Source: Tubiluchus corallicola (Eukaryota; Animalia; Priapulida). From it: a stretch of 64,000 bases of DNA. The position numbers and the translations under genes were made by a program. The notes beneath the pieces were generated by a model that saw nothing but the letters and a program-made list of their open reading frames with translations, ran no database searches and was not told where the DNA came from. The stretch lies in contig JAQGDQ010000209.1 in NCBI GenBank assembly GCA_030141605.1, positions 248,001 through 312,000 of the forward strand. The letters are read 5' to 3'. How positions within the stretch are numbered: position 1 is the first letter of the stretch; each line of letters begins with the position of its first letter. Positions 46,901 through 64,000 of this stretch are shown one piece after another.

Positions 46901-49900
46901 CACATGCAGTTTATAATGTTTCACCTTACTTCTTTATAGATATCATAACGTCATGCATAACGTACTAGTGGTTGTATTAAGGTAGTACACACTGGTGGCA
47001 CCACCTAAAATGTGTATAAAACTTAGAAGCTCAGTAACTTTAATAAGACCACATTGTGACCAATTTTTGAACAAACAAAGAGGCACCAACAAAAACGTAC
47101 TTTTCACTTTCTCCGAACCAGCAAGACAGAAGATCAGCGCTAGACACAGAGTAAAAAGTTGAACTAATCTGTGAAGCCACGGCTTGTGCTAAACGTGATT
47201 TGCCAGTGCCGGGTGGTCCGTAAAGCAAGATTCTCTTCCACGGTTTCCTGCTGCCTGTCATCAACAAAATTATTTGTACACGGCACGTTGCAAAATTTTA
47301 TTTTGGATGTTTATTAGAATGAATGCTTTCTACCATTTCACACATGAGACCATTGGAATGTTCAAGAAAGATTCTGATCCAGTCAATCAAAGCACGAATT
47401 TTGATCAAAGCATAACCCTTAAATTTGCACCGTGAGATAATAAGAAGTGTGATACATCAGTGAAAAATACATGACCACCCTCGTTATGCCAAAATACAGG
47501 TTGGCAATTATAGTACTATCGTGCTATGCATTAAGCATTTCAACGAACGTTATCACATAAAAAAAAAGATTATATAAAATCTATACATAACTTTAATCGA
47601 AAAATATTTTCAACTTTTTTCCGTTTATCTTTTACCTATGAAGCAATGCAGGAAGAACACCCACAAAAAATTCTTTCAATGTCTTGATAAACCTGAAGGT
47701 TATAGTAACAATCACCCGTGAATAGATGTGGATATTCGACAGGCATGATAATGGCTTCTCGTAGTGTTTGCTTGGCTTCGTCTAATCCAGCAATGTCATC
47801 GAATGTCACCTGCACCTGACGGACAATTGTCTCCTCTATGGCATTCTGTCGTGAATGAGGATATAGTTCATTCTTAATAGACTGGGTGGCTTGTTCGTCA
47901 CACGATTGTACTGAACTGGCAACTTCTAAATATTAACACAAAAATGATGAAATCAGTATATCATTGACAAAGTTCTTGCTGGTCTGCAGTGAATACATTG
48001 GTCTCTGGTTTGCAGTACGAACAGAGAAATGCACATACTGAACATTCATATTTATAGTAAAGCCAGAACCTGGGCTATTAACATGTTCGTATGTATACAT
48101 CCTCCCCCTGTGAGGTAAATAGCCAGCATCAGCCTGGCGCTCTCACAGCGGGTACTGAATCCGAGCAAATAATAATTGTACTTTATAAAAGCATGCATGA
48201 GCAACACTGCAGACTATGAAAAATAAAAATTTTCTCTCACTCAACGTATCACTGATTACAGATTAAAAGTACCTCAAGATTTCATCAGTTCAGTAATAAT
48301 TTTAGCACATGGCAAGACAAGCTCTGTGAACACTGGTATAATTAGAGTGTGATCTGCATTCTTCAAAGGATATGACTCTGACCATTGACAGGAAGGTTGA
48401 AAAAAGGCTTTCCTAGAAATCGCATCAACTAGTACCGTCCCAAACATATTTGTTGGAATAAGTAGAGCAGGTCTTTGCTTAAGTGGATACTGGTATTTAT
48501 TATGCTCAGCATAGAAAGCACTTAGTACCTGCATCAGAATGCCTTTGACCGGAATCGCCAAGAGCTCCCAGTTCCACGTCGTTAGGGCTGCATTCGCTAA
48601 TAGAGGAAGGATCCTGTTCCCGGGTCTTTATAACCAAAGTCTGAATGTGCCATTTGATTAGCTGTAAAAGCTGCTCCAATCCTGCCTGAAATAAATGAAC
48701 AGTAATAAATTTGTAAAAGTAAGTTGTATGGGTAGCTGTGCATCACTACTACTGTCAACTGTCAATGAATTCGATGATCTTTTTGATGCTTCCCTCGTAA
48801 ATTATTTTTCTCGCACTGTGCCTGAGTTGTTTGCACATATGTAAAGTTTCTGAAGTTATACTATGTAAAAGGGTAACAAATACGACGTCTTGTTTTGCTC
48901 GTGTGCTACTTCTGTTTGGAGGCCCATGGCTCTAGTAGCATTTAGATAGGCCCTTGAACCATATTTCATGCATTCTGGCACAGTTTTCATGAGAAAAGAG
49001 TAACCTAGTTGTGAGTGTGGTGAAGAATACTTTGGAAGAATTACAATAGCACTTCTAAGCAGACATTGTTTAATATAAGCATGTTCAATGAGCAAGCAAT
49101 AATGTTGTAAACTAAATACTGTAACTCAATTTTAACTTTATGTTCCTTTTGTATATGGCACATCTAACAAATCAGAATAAATTTTGTGGCCCTGCAATTG
49201 TTCAGATAAGCTTAACTTTTTGTATGTCACCCAAAAGTAAACTAATTAATAATATAATGACTCATTACTTGAATTATGCCATCTTCCTCAGAGCAAAGCA
49301 AGAAGTGAAGTCTATCTTTGCACTGGTTGCACATGTCCAAGGCAGTCTGCAAATGCAGCTGCTGGTCCGAGGAGCCTAACGCCTCACCTTCAAGTTGATA
49401 CAGGGCAACTTGCAAACTAGATGCAAAGATAGTTTTAAGTTTCCTTCAAGCTCTGAATACGGCAATTCTCAGTTTCAGCAAGCAATATCTGAACTTTAAT
49501 AAAAGTAGGCTATGCTGGCATCTAAGAAACTCAATACATACATATGTACAGTAGAAAAATTCAACCAAATATCAAACAATGTACATTTAACTCAAGTAGA
49601 AACTGAGCAAAACCATTAAAATCAAGCAAGACTTACCAGTCAAGGATTTCTGTTGAGATGGATTTTCCATTTCCAAAAGTATAAGCCACCAAAAATAAAA
49701 GAAAACAAGATTTACAAAAACATTACAATTATCTGTATAACTACTAAATAACAATTTTTTTTTCTATTTCCAGAACGTAAAATTGTAAGTATTTTGCTTA
49801 ACTTTGTTTTAGCGTCTTTTTATGAACAAATGTTTTTTAACCTTAATATTATCAGAGGTGCATTGTGCACCATTGAAGAAAAAATTAGTTCGCTGTCACC

Positions 49901-52900
49901 TTAATTATTGGAAACTGTGATTAATTACTGATTATGCTTATAATCATTATAAATAATTAACATTAATATTATAAAATATAAAATAGTATATCATATAACA
50001 ATTGTAGATACAAATATATTACAAATCTTTCAATTTTGGCAAGAAAGGAAAAGTCCACCAAAGCTAAATGAAGCACTTATTGGCGACACAAACTATACCT
50101 GATTTTAATGATCTGCTTACAAAGACCTGTATAAGTAAATCATGTTATGAAAGCTGAGTAGTTTTGTACACATTACGGTGTATGCCGGTGAATCATTCCA
50201 TATTATATGTTCTAGTCTGTTGCAAAAACAAATCAAATTTATAAATATAGAGTGTAGTATACGGTCAATAAAGCTTATATTCATGACCCCTTAGTCCGAG
50301 TCTTGTGCCAAATTTGCAAATGAAGTCAACTGTAATCTATGACCAATTTTGTATGTCATTACTATTCGCCTTTTTCCAGTACGTAGTCCTAAGTACAATG
50401 CATGAAGGTGATTAGTATAATTAACACAATGTTATATCTGAAAAATAACCTGGTAAAGTAAGCATTTTCTGATATGTGTTCCAGACCGAAGTGATAATAT
50501 TCTACTAGGTGTCTAACATATGACTGTGATCCTGTCATTTTATTACATGTGCGAAAACGGAGAAATAGCATCTTAATTACTTTAAAAGCTTTAATAACCC
50601 GTTCTTTGCAAAAATCGTTAAATTTTAAGTCTGAATCATATAATATATTGTCTCTCTGGCCATTTTATTGCATTGTATCGTTTTATTATTGTATTAATTT
50701 GTTATGGCAAAAATGCAAATAAACAATGCACAAGAATGGATGTGGTACAATGAAGTTGTTGAGGCCGCAAGAAAATATAATATAGATGCTACTAAAGAAA
50801 GGGTGAAGATCATGAAGAAGTCTGAATGGAAAAAAGAAATAGAGAGTAAGATTAATTGTTTCATAAAGAATGAATGTGCAGAAAAATGTAGGAATAGTAC
50901 TAAATTAAGATTTTCAAAACACGCTGCACCCCGTGAAAATGACAAAATTACATTGTCACATGTAAGCCATAAGAGGTTAAAGATATATTAAAAATAAGGC
51001 TGAGCATGATAAAAGTTAAAGGAAACTACAATAATAAGTTCAAGGATCAATTATTGTGCTCAGTGTGTAAGAAAGAATATGACACTACTGAATATTTGCT
51101 TAAATGCAGCGGATATGGAGAATGGAAGAAAAAGATGAATTCAGATCTAATACTCAACAGTGAAAAAGAAGAATTGTTACAGAAGTCAGAAATCGCATCA
51201 TTTCAAGCTCAAAAGAGCACAGCAAAAAAATTTTTTGTTCTCAACAAAATACAAAAGGTGCACAGCGAAAAACCAAAAGTACATTATGTATTTATGTTTC
51301 TGCGGGCTCTTCTCATGTTAACAGCACTACTGGAATCAGTGTGTGTAGCTTGAAGGAGGCGTAAATTGTGTCGGAGAGTAAGAAAATACCTAAAATTCTG
51401 CTTAATCGAAATTTTCATTACATAACTTTTGAACGTTCTGCTGAGTTTCTAATAATAAAAATAGTGCTAACGATGACAGCTGATTCATTTACTAATTGTC
51501 TTTCTAATCTAACAATAATGGGATAGGCATTGTTGATAAAACTGGTAGAAAAACCCCAGGAGTGAATCTAAGGAAATTTGGTCGTCATTCCCCATACTAT
51601 ACCCCTACCCCAGGTGTTTAGACTTTTGCATTTGCGAGTTAGCATAAGTTAAAAGTGGATGTAAGAAAATCAATGCCTAACAAAACAATAATGTGTCAAA
51701 AACAGCTTCGTTGACAGGAGAAGCTTTAAATGTCAGATTTTGTTTCTTATTAACGAATAAGATGGTTTTTTCAAAATAATTAACAATATGTACATAAGTA
51801 TTTTTGCGCATGACATCAATAGTTTCAATGAAATCGGAACTTGTCACTTTTTCACCTGTGTAGATCTCTATTGTATATATCCTTGTATAGTTAATTGTAT
51901 TTTAATTATTTATATTTATTTATTATTACAACACCAAAGAACAATACACTATAAAACATGATAATAGTCACACTACATAAAGTTTCATATTCATAGTAAT
52001 ATTAAAATGAAGCGAACATAACACGATATCTACAGCGACAGTAAAAAAAATAGAAACGTTAATGAAGAGTGCAGTCATATTTGTTTACCTAGGAGTTGCA
52101 TTTCGTTTCAGTGAAATCGGAGTTATATAACTTTTTGAGGCAGGGAATCAAGCAGTCTTTTTTATTTTTATATTTTAATCTTTCTTTTTTCTGTCTTTTC
52201 TGGTTATTGTATTTTTGCTAAACTACTATTTAGTCAGTCATCAGTTTGTCACTGAGTCAGAAATTCAGCTCAGAAAGACCATTAGCCAATATCACTGGCA
52301 CTATTTTTGGACCAATTTGCTCAGTCTCATACAAAAATTTACAAAAGTGTTTCTAACTAACATAACAGAACAATGAAAGTTCTGTATGATAGACTTCGGC
52401 TATATAAAAACATTAGAAGTACCGTGCAACTCTACATGAATAAGTTAACATAATGCACTTTTGAGTTTTTGCTGTGCACTTTCAATTTTTCGATGTGCAT
52501 TTTTGATTATTTGCTATGCTCTTTTGATTTTTTACTGTGCTCTTTTTTTCTTTTGTAGTGCACTTTTAATTTTTTACTGAGAACGATGGATTTTTTGCTG
52601 TGCACTTCTGAACTTGAAATGGTGACTGGTGTAGTGAATGAATGTATGGAATACAGGATAAAGAATTATGAACATGTTAAAGTGGGAAAAGACAAGAAAA
52701 GATCAGCGCTACGTTGAAATAGACTTTGCGCCTTATAAGGGGCGCGCCTTTGGTAGACGGAGAGAGTCGACCATTACTATCATAATCGCAAATGGCTAAA
52801 CTAAATAAATACCAAAAACATCAAAACGTATAATGTTCACAGGCACTAACTTACGACAACTAGCCAAAGAATCACACATAAGTAATTTCTTCATAATTAT

Positions 52901-52984
52901 TAGATTTTTAAAAGTACATAAAATAAGTTCAAACCAAAGCCATACATTTAAGTTTGTACCTGCATAAAGTAATAAATCGCTCAT
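40918..52984 (-). CDS. VPS4: VPS4-like AAA+ ATPase (divergent paralog), about 457 aa
   Basis: Phase-consistent minus-strand exons: 52984-52960, 49649-49637, 49416-49269, 48685-48529, 47925-47716, 47254-47101, 45668-45524, 43427-43303, 42073-41883, 41505-41429, 41046-40918 (1374 nt). Motifs: VTFDDIAGL, Walker [16 protein letters not shown], Walker [36 protein letters not shown], beta-domain PCSP and C-terminal FTKSYGQKG. Minus-strand AATAAA at 40601-40606. The first three exons are less certain. Confidence 0.88.
46620..46930 (-). mobile_element. CR1/L2-type LINE ORF2 3' fragment
   Basis: Minus-strand ORF contains [30 protein letters not shown], matching the CR1-like terminal motif FFS.R.V..WN.LP..V....SL.SFK. 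Boundaries approximate. Confidence 0.75.
50700..52785 (+). mobile_element. 5'-truncated non-LTR retrotransposon 3' end, split by an insertion at about 51196-52624
   Basis: Frames [29 protein letters not shown] and [30 protein letters not shown] (decayed CCHC knuckle). Purine-rich coding-like sequence resumes at 52625 and ends in two short stem-loops and an attactatcataat tail. Confidence 0.7.
51196..52624. mobile_element. Foldback-like DNA element with long, internally repetitive TIRs
   Basis: Left arm catcatttcaagctcaaaagagcacagcaaaaaa..gtgcacagcgaaaaaccaaaagtacattatgt matches the reverse complement of 52448-52624, which holds about 7 copies of a 21-22 bp tgtgcacttttgattttttgc-like unit. 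No convincing TSD. Confidence 0.7.
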
Positions 52985-53322
52985 TATTATTAAATTTTAA
53001 AATTAAATCATTATGCAGAAACCACGATTCTGTCTGCAAACTACAAAACTGATGGGCAGTGCGCAAGTGCGACAACTGTGGCGTCATCTGTTATTCAATT
53101 AATGATTTTTTCCCGACTACGAGTAGTAATCAGAATCAGATACCATTATGCTTTTACGAACAAAGTCCTATAGCCGTACAATCTTAATTAGCAGAGAAGC
53201 TTTATAGGTGGATTAATTACTGTATTTATAATCTTACTATCAAGATTATTATTATCAATGATTATACAACCCATAATTAACTGACTATTTTAAAAAGAGG
53301 GAAATTTGAAAAAGTTAGAATA

Positions 53323-53378
53323 CAGCATGGATTTGAACCAGGAACCTTCGATTTACAGGCCTTGTGAGCCAAAGGGCC
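53323..53378 (-). mobile_element. tRNA-derived SINE head or tRNA relic
   Basis: Minus strand reads tggctcacaaggcctgtaaatcgaaggttcctggttcaaatccatgctg: B-box and a CTGTAAA anticodon-loop-like segment, with the D-arm region shortened. Confidence 0.5.
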
Positions 53379-54276
53379 CTGGTCTAATTCAAGATTGTGT
53401 TAATTATCTTTTTCAGATTTTCTGTTTTTAAAGTTTGGTTTCAAAAATAGATAGTGGATTCTAGCATCATTTTCAGGTAGATGCTGTAGTGCTTACGTCA
53501 AAAGCCTAATTTTAAACCAGAGAGAGAGAGACCTTTTTCGAAAAAATATGCTCGTGCACACCCTCAAGCTCGTTCTCAGGCATAGGAAAGGCGCAGCTTA
53601 TTACACATTAGTATTTTTCTCACTGAAAATTTGTTCGTGTATACTAGCTGGGCTTTATACTAAAACGGCGTAGCTTTCACCGCTGTATATTATAGATGAC
53701 AAATTTGACCATACATACCATATAATTATATAGGCTTATTATATACATGCCTGTAAATAAGTAACAGCGGTTTCAAATGCGTTCTACATTCGGTAGCTGC
53801 GAAAAATTGTAACCTATTTAGCTATTTAACTGTCACACAAATTCAACATTATACACAGTAACATAGAGATTATAGAAGTATTTACCTCTTTCGCTAAGCA
53901 GAAAATCGAGCAGAAATTGTACCGGGAAATAATTCAGTAATTAAAACGTTGACATTACGCGTTGTGGCAGTGACGCAAAAAATTACGCTTGCTTGTTTAC
54001 ACCATAGTTGACATAATAATGCTTCGAACCGTAAGAAAGGAGTAATACTGCGGTCACAAAAACATATCATTCGCGGCTGACCGTTGTTGTATTATAGGAT
54101 ATCATATTATATACACATCAACCTTAAATTTGAAAGGAAGCGGTGTTTTCTATTAAAAAAAAACTGCTAGGGGAGGGGTAACCGTACAGATCTTAAAATA
54201 AGACATTTCACAAATCCAAAGAGACTAAATTTCTAGGCTAAGTTAATAGTATCTGCTTTTGTTGCTGATTTTGGAA

Positions 54277-54299
54277 CAACAACAACAACAACAACAACA
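54277..54299. repeat. (AAC)n microsatellite, imperfect
   Basis: aacaacaacaacaacaacaaacaac-like run. Confidence 0.8.
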
Positions 54300-54505
54300 C
54301 AACGTTTTCTGGATATCTTTTAAAATTCTCATTTCTTGAAATTTTCTTCCCCTTTAAAGTTTAGCTCTTGCGTCAGTTATAACTAGCGGAATACAGTAGG
54401 GCAAATGTAAACGTTAATTTTTCAGTAACCAATGTGTCTTTTGCAACATGTAGCTCCGTTGGTTTTACTGCGCCCTATACGTACGTGACATTTGTTATTG
54501 TGATT

Positions 54506-54529
54506 AGGTCACCAAAGGTCAAAAGGTCA
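54506..54529 (+). promoter_or_regulatory. Three perfect AGGTCA nuclear-receptor half-sites (DR4 + DR2)
   Basis: AGGTCA-ccaa-AGGTCA-aa-AGGTCA between the divergent VPS4-like and WSC genes. Confidence 0.5.
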
Positions 54530-54914
54530 CAGAGTGTGTTCTAATCACCAAGTCTGAAAGCTAGAACAGTAGAATGGTGAAAAAATAACTCGATAACATT
54601 AAAGCATAAAACTTTTCATAGAAGTAGAAACCATTGTATCGATTAATCTTGTTCACGAGTAAAGGGACTTGATAAACATAGAAAATATTTGTTTTACTTT
54701 CATCGCTAAACTGACTCCATACTGCAATCCGTAAATATTTTTCTTCTTTGAGTATTGTTTGTGCGCGTGCCTTTTTCGTTTGAATTTCCAGTCTATAAAG
54801 GAGTCCTAATTATGTGTAATTCCAATTTATACTGAGATATTTATTGCAGCGTGACATCGGTCACTCGCCCAAGAATGTGAGCAAAGTTTTGCGACTTTTG
54901 TAAACTAGGATTAT

Positions 54915-55032
54915 GTAGTGCACCGCTACACCGCTGTAAAGCTGTTCTGCTGAGCAGTATAACGCTTTTTGTAAGCTACGATCATGTAGTACGCCTCTAT
55001 AAAGTTGTTTTGTTGAGCAGTATAACTCTTTT
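54915..55032. repeat. Diverged tandem duplication, period about 63 bp
   Basis: taaagctgttctgctgagcagtataacgcttttt followed by taaagttgttttgttgagcagtataactcttttt. Confidence 0.75.
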
Positions 55033-55122
55033 CTTGGCCCAGGGTGCATAACTGAGTGTGAAAGTTCTGTTATCATAGCCAGTAGGCTAATTATTATTAT
55101 GCGTGTAGCGCGTGATCCGCAA

Positions 55123-55160
55123 TATAAATGAACAATTAAATTATTAGTTATAATTTCAGA
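55123..55160 (+). promoter_or_regulatory. Candidate TATA box plus initiator for the WSC gene
   Basis: TATAAA at 55123 after a CpG patch, with Inr-like ttagtt (55144) and ttcaga (55155), about 230 nt before the ATG|gtgagt exon end. Confidence 0.3.
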
Positions 55161-55387
55161 GGTGTCACAGTATACGATGAAGAGATGTTAACGACTTTTG
55201 TGGAGCCGAGAAATGAGCAGAAGAAGCAACGGCACAAGACAATCGGAAAGACGATTTTTTTATTATGACGTCTGGATTTATAAATAATTGTTTATGAAAG
55301 TTGCACAGTGCATTTTTTTATAATATGTTTCAATGATATAGACACTTATACATTGATTTCTTCTAATAAACAGTGTAAAGGCTAGAG

Positions 55388-62912
<7,525 letters not shown>

Positions 62913-64000
62913 GTAATTAATTTCGGGAAAAGAAGTCAAAAGTAGTCGAAATAAACCGAATATGCGAAATTTTGAAGTCGTAAAGTGAAGTCCTTGTAAC
63001 TTGGAAATAATAGAAAACAAGTTTCAAAAGCCTTATGTGCATATAATTTTACAAATACAATTTGATTAACAACTATTATAGTTATAATTAAGCCGATCTT
63101 ACATTATCGACGGGACTATGAGCAATTTAGCCATGGATTTTGTTAAGTTTTAAAGCAAATTTTAAAATGTGGAAATCAGTCAGATATACTCACTTATTCA
63201 GCAACAGATTCTTCTTCAGATCAGTAATTTTAGGCACTGTGGTGAGTTATTGCGATGTCTGCATTCTGCGTGACAACGCAACTAAACGAAACAATAACAC
63301 AAACAATAACGTGTTGACAAATGCTAATGCTATTAGCGAGATGCCATTATCAATTAAATGCCATTTCGTTTAGTGGAACAAGAACCTACATTTTCCTTTG
63401 CCAATGCCACGAAGCCAATCGTGCGTACGTAATTGTTAAACATGTGCACAAATAACATGAACTGGAACTTGGCTCACGGCGTTATTACAATTTTCTTCGT
63501 TTATTTACTTTTAGAGGCTATAATGACAAGTTACTTTGCTGTGCTAAAACACGGCCGATTAAACCTTTTATAGAGAAGACGTCAAATTACATAACTCATT
63601 TAGGCTTTACGTTCTTATGGGTTATTCTCTAAGCTAGCAGAAAAAGGTCGACTCGAAATACTGGTCGAAGAACTCACCTCGTGACTGTGGATCAAAAATC
63701 AGTAGATGCAAAATTTGTTCTAGCATAGTGCTTATTTGTTCGCAGATTTAGGTTTGTAGGTTTCTAGTGTTCGAAAATGTTTGTGCATTGCTGCCATCTT
63801 AAATATAAGACAACAAATCGAAAAAAATGACGCCATATTACTCTGTCAATTGATGCAGAATTCATTTTAATGTTTCTATCAAGATTCATGAGACTATTGC
63901 AAACTAATGGAGCCGTTTAACGGTTTTAGTAAGCATTTTTCCGAAAATGATATTATCACTGTCACCTTTGATTCGAGATACTAGACAAAAAATCAGACTC

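Noticed and set aside
48274-48561. 95-aa minus ORF as a VPS4-like exon ending in TGA next to a donor
   Set aside because: The coding frame differs and exits at the gcag|gtacta donor (48528); the ORF is mostly intronic.
49417-49488. Upstream acceptor at 49489 implying an in-frame TGA (selenocysteine or readthrough)
   Set aside because: The acceptor at 49417 plus the 13-nt microexon gives a stop-free model, and no SECIS was recognised.
53323-53378. Intact tRNA-Tyr gene
   Set aside because: The D-arm region is truncated and the stems do not pair fully; treated as a SINE head or relic.
63140-64000. Next exon of the WSC gene
   Set aside because: Candidate acceptors (63219, 63514, 63745) meet stops quickly in the required phase and show no recognisable motif.

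Overview
AT-rich eukaryotic (invertebrate metazoan-type) genomic DNA with spliceosomal introns; most six-frame ORFs are spurious or are exon fragments. Four protein-coding genes were reconstructed by hand from splice sites and intron phase. (1) The last two exons of a divergent enolase-like (ENO4-like) gene (+, 555-2095). (2) A complete type I phosphatidylinositol-4-phosphate 5-kinase gene (+, 9148-37706, about 19 coding exons) with a GC-AG intron, a TGCATG-flanked 57-nt cassette exon and alternative C-termini that both end in class I PDZ-binding motifs. (3) A complete divergent VPS4-family AAA+ ATPase gene (-, 52984-40918, 11 exons, about 457 aa) whose MIT-like N-terminus needs a 13-nt microexon. 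(4) The 5' part of a secreted or membrane-anchored protein with a 10-cysteine WSC domain (+, 55388-62912, continuing past the window). Introns and intergenic DNA hold hAT, pogo/Tc2 and Harbinger-type non-autonomous transposons, a foldback-like element nested in a LINE, RTE and CR1 LINE fragments, tRNA-derived SINE heads, a perfect 36-bp hairpin and tandem repeats. No CRISPR array, rRNA or intact tRNA was seen. Gene models are manual and unverified by transcripts or database searches.
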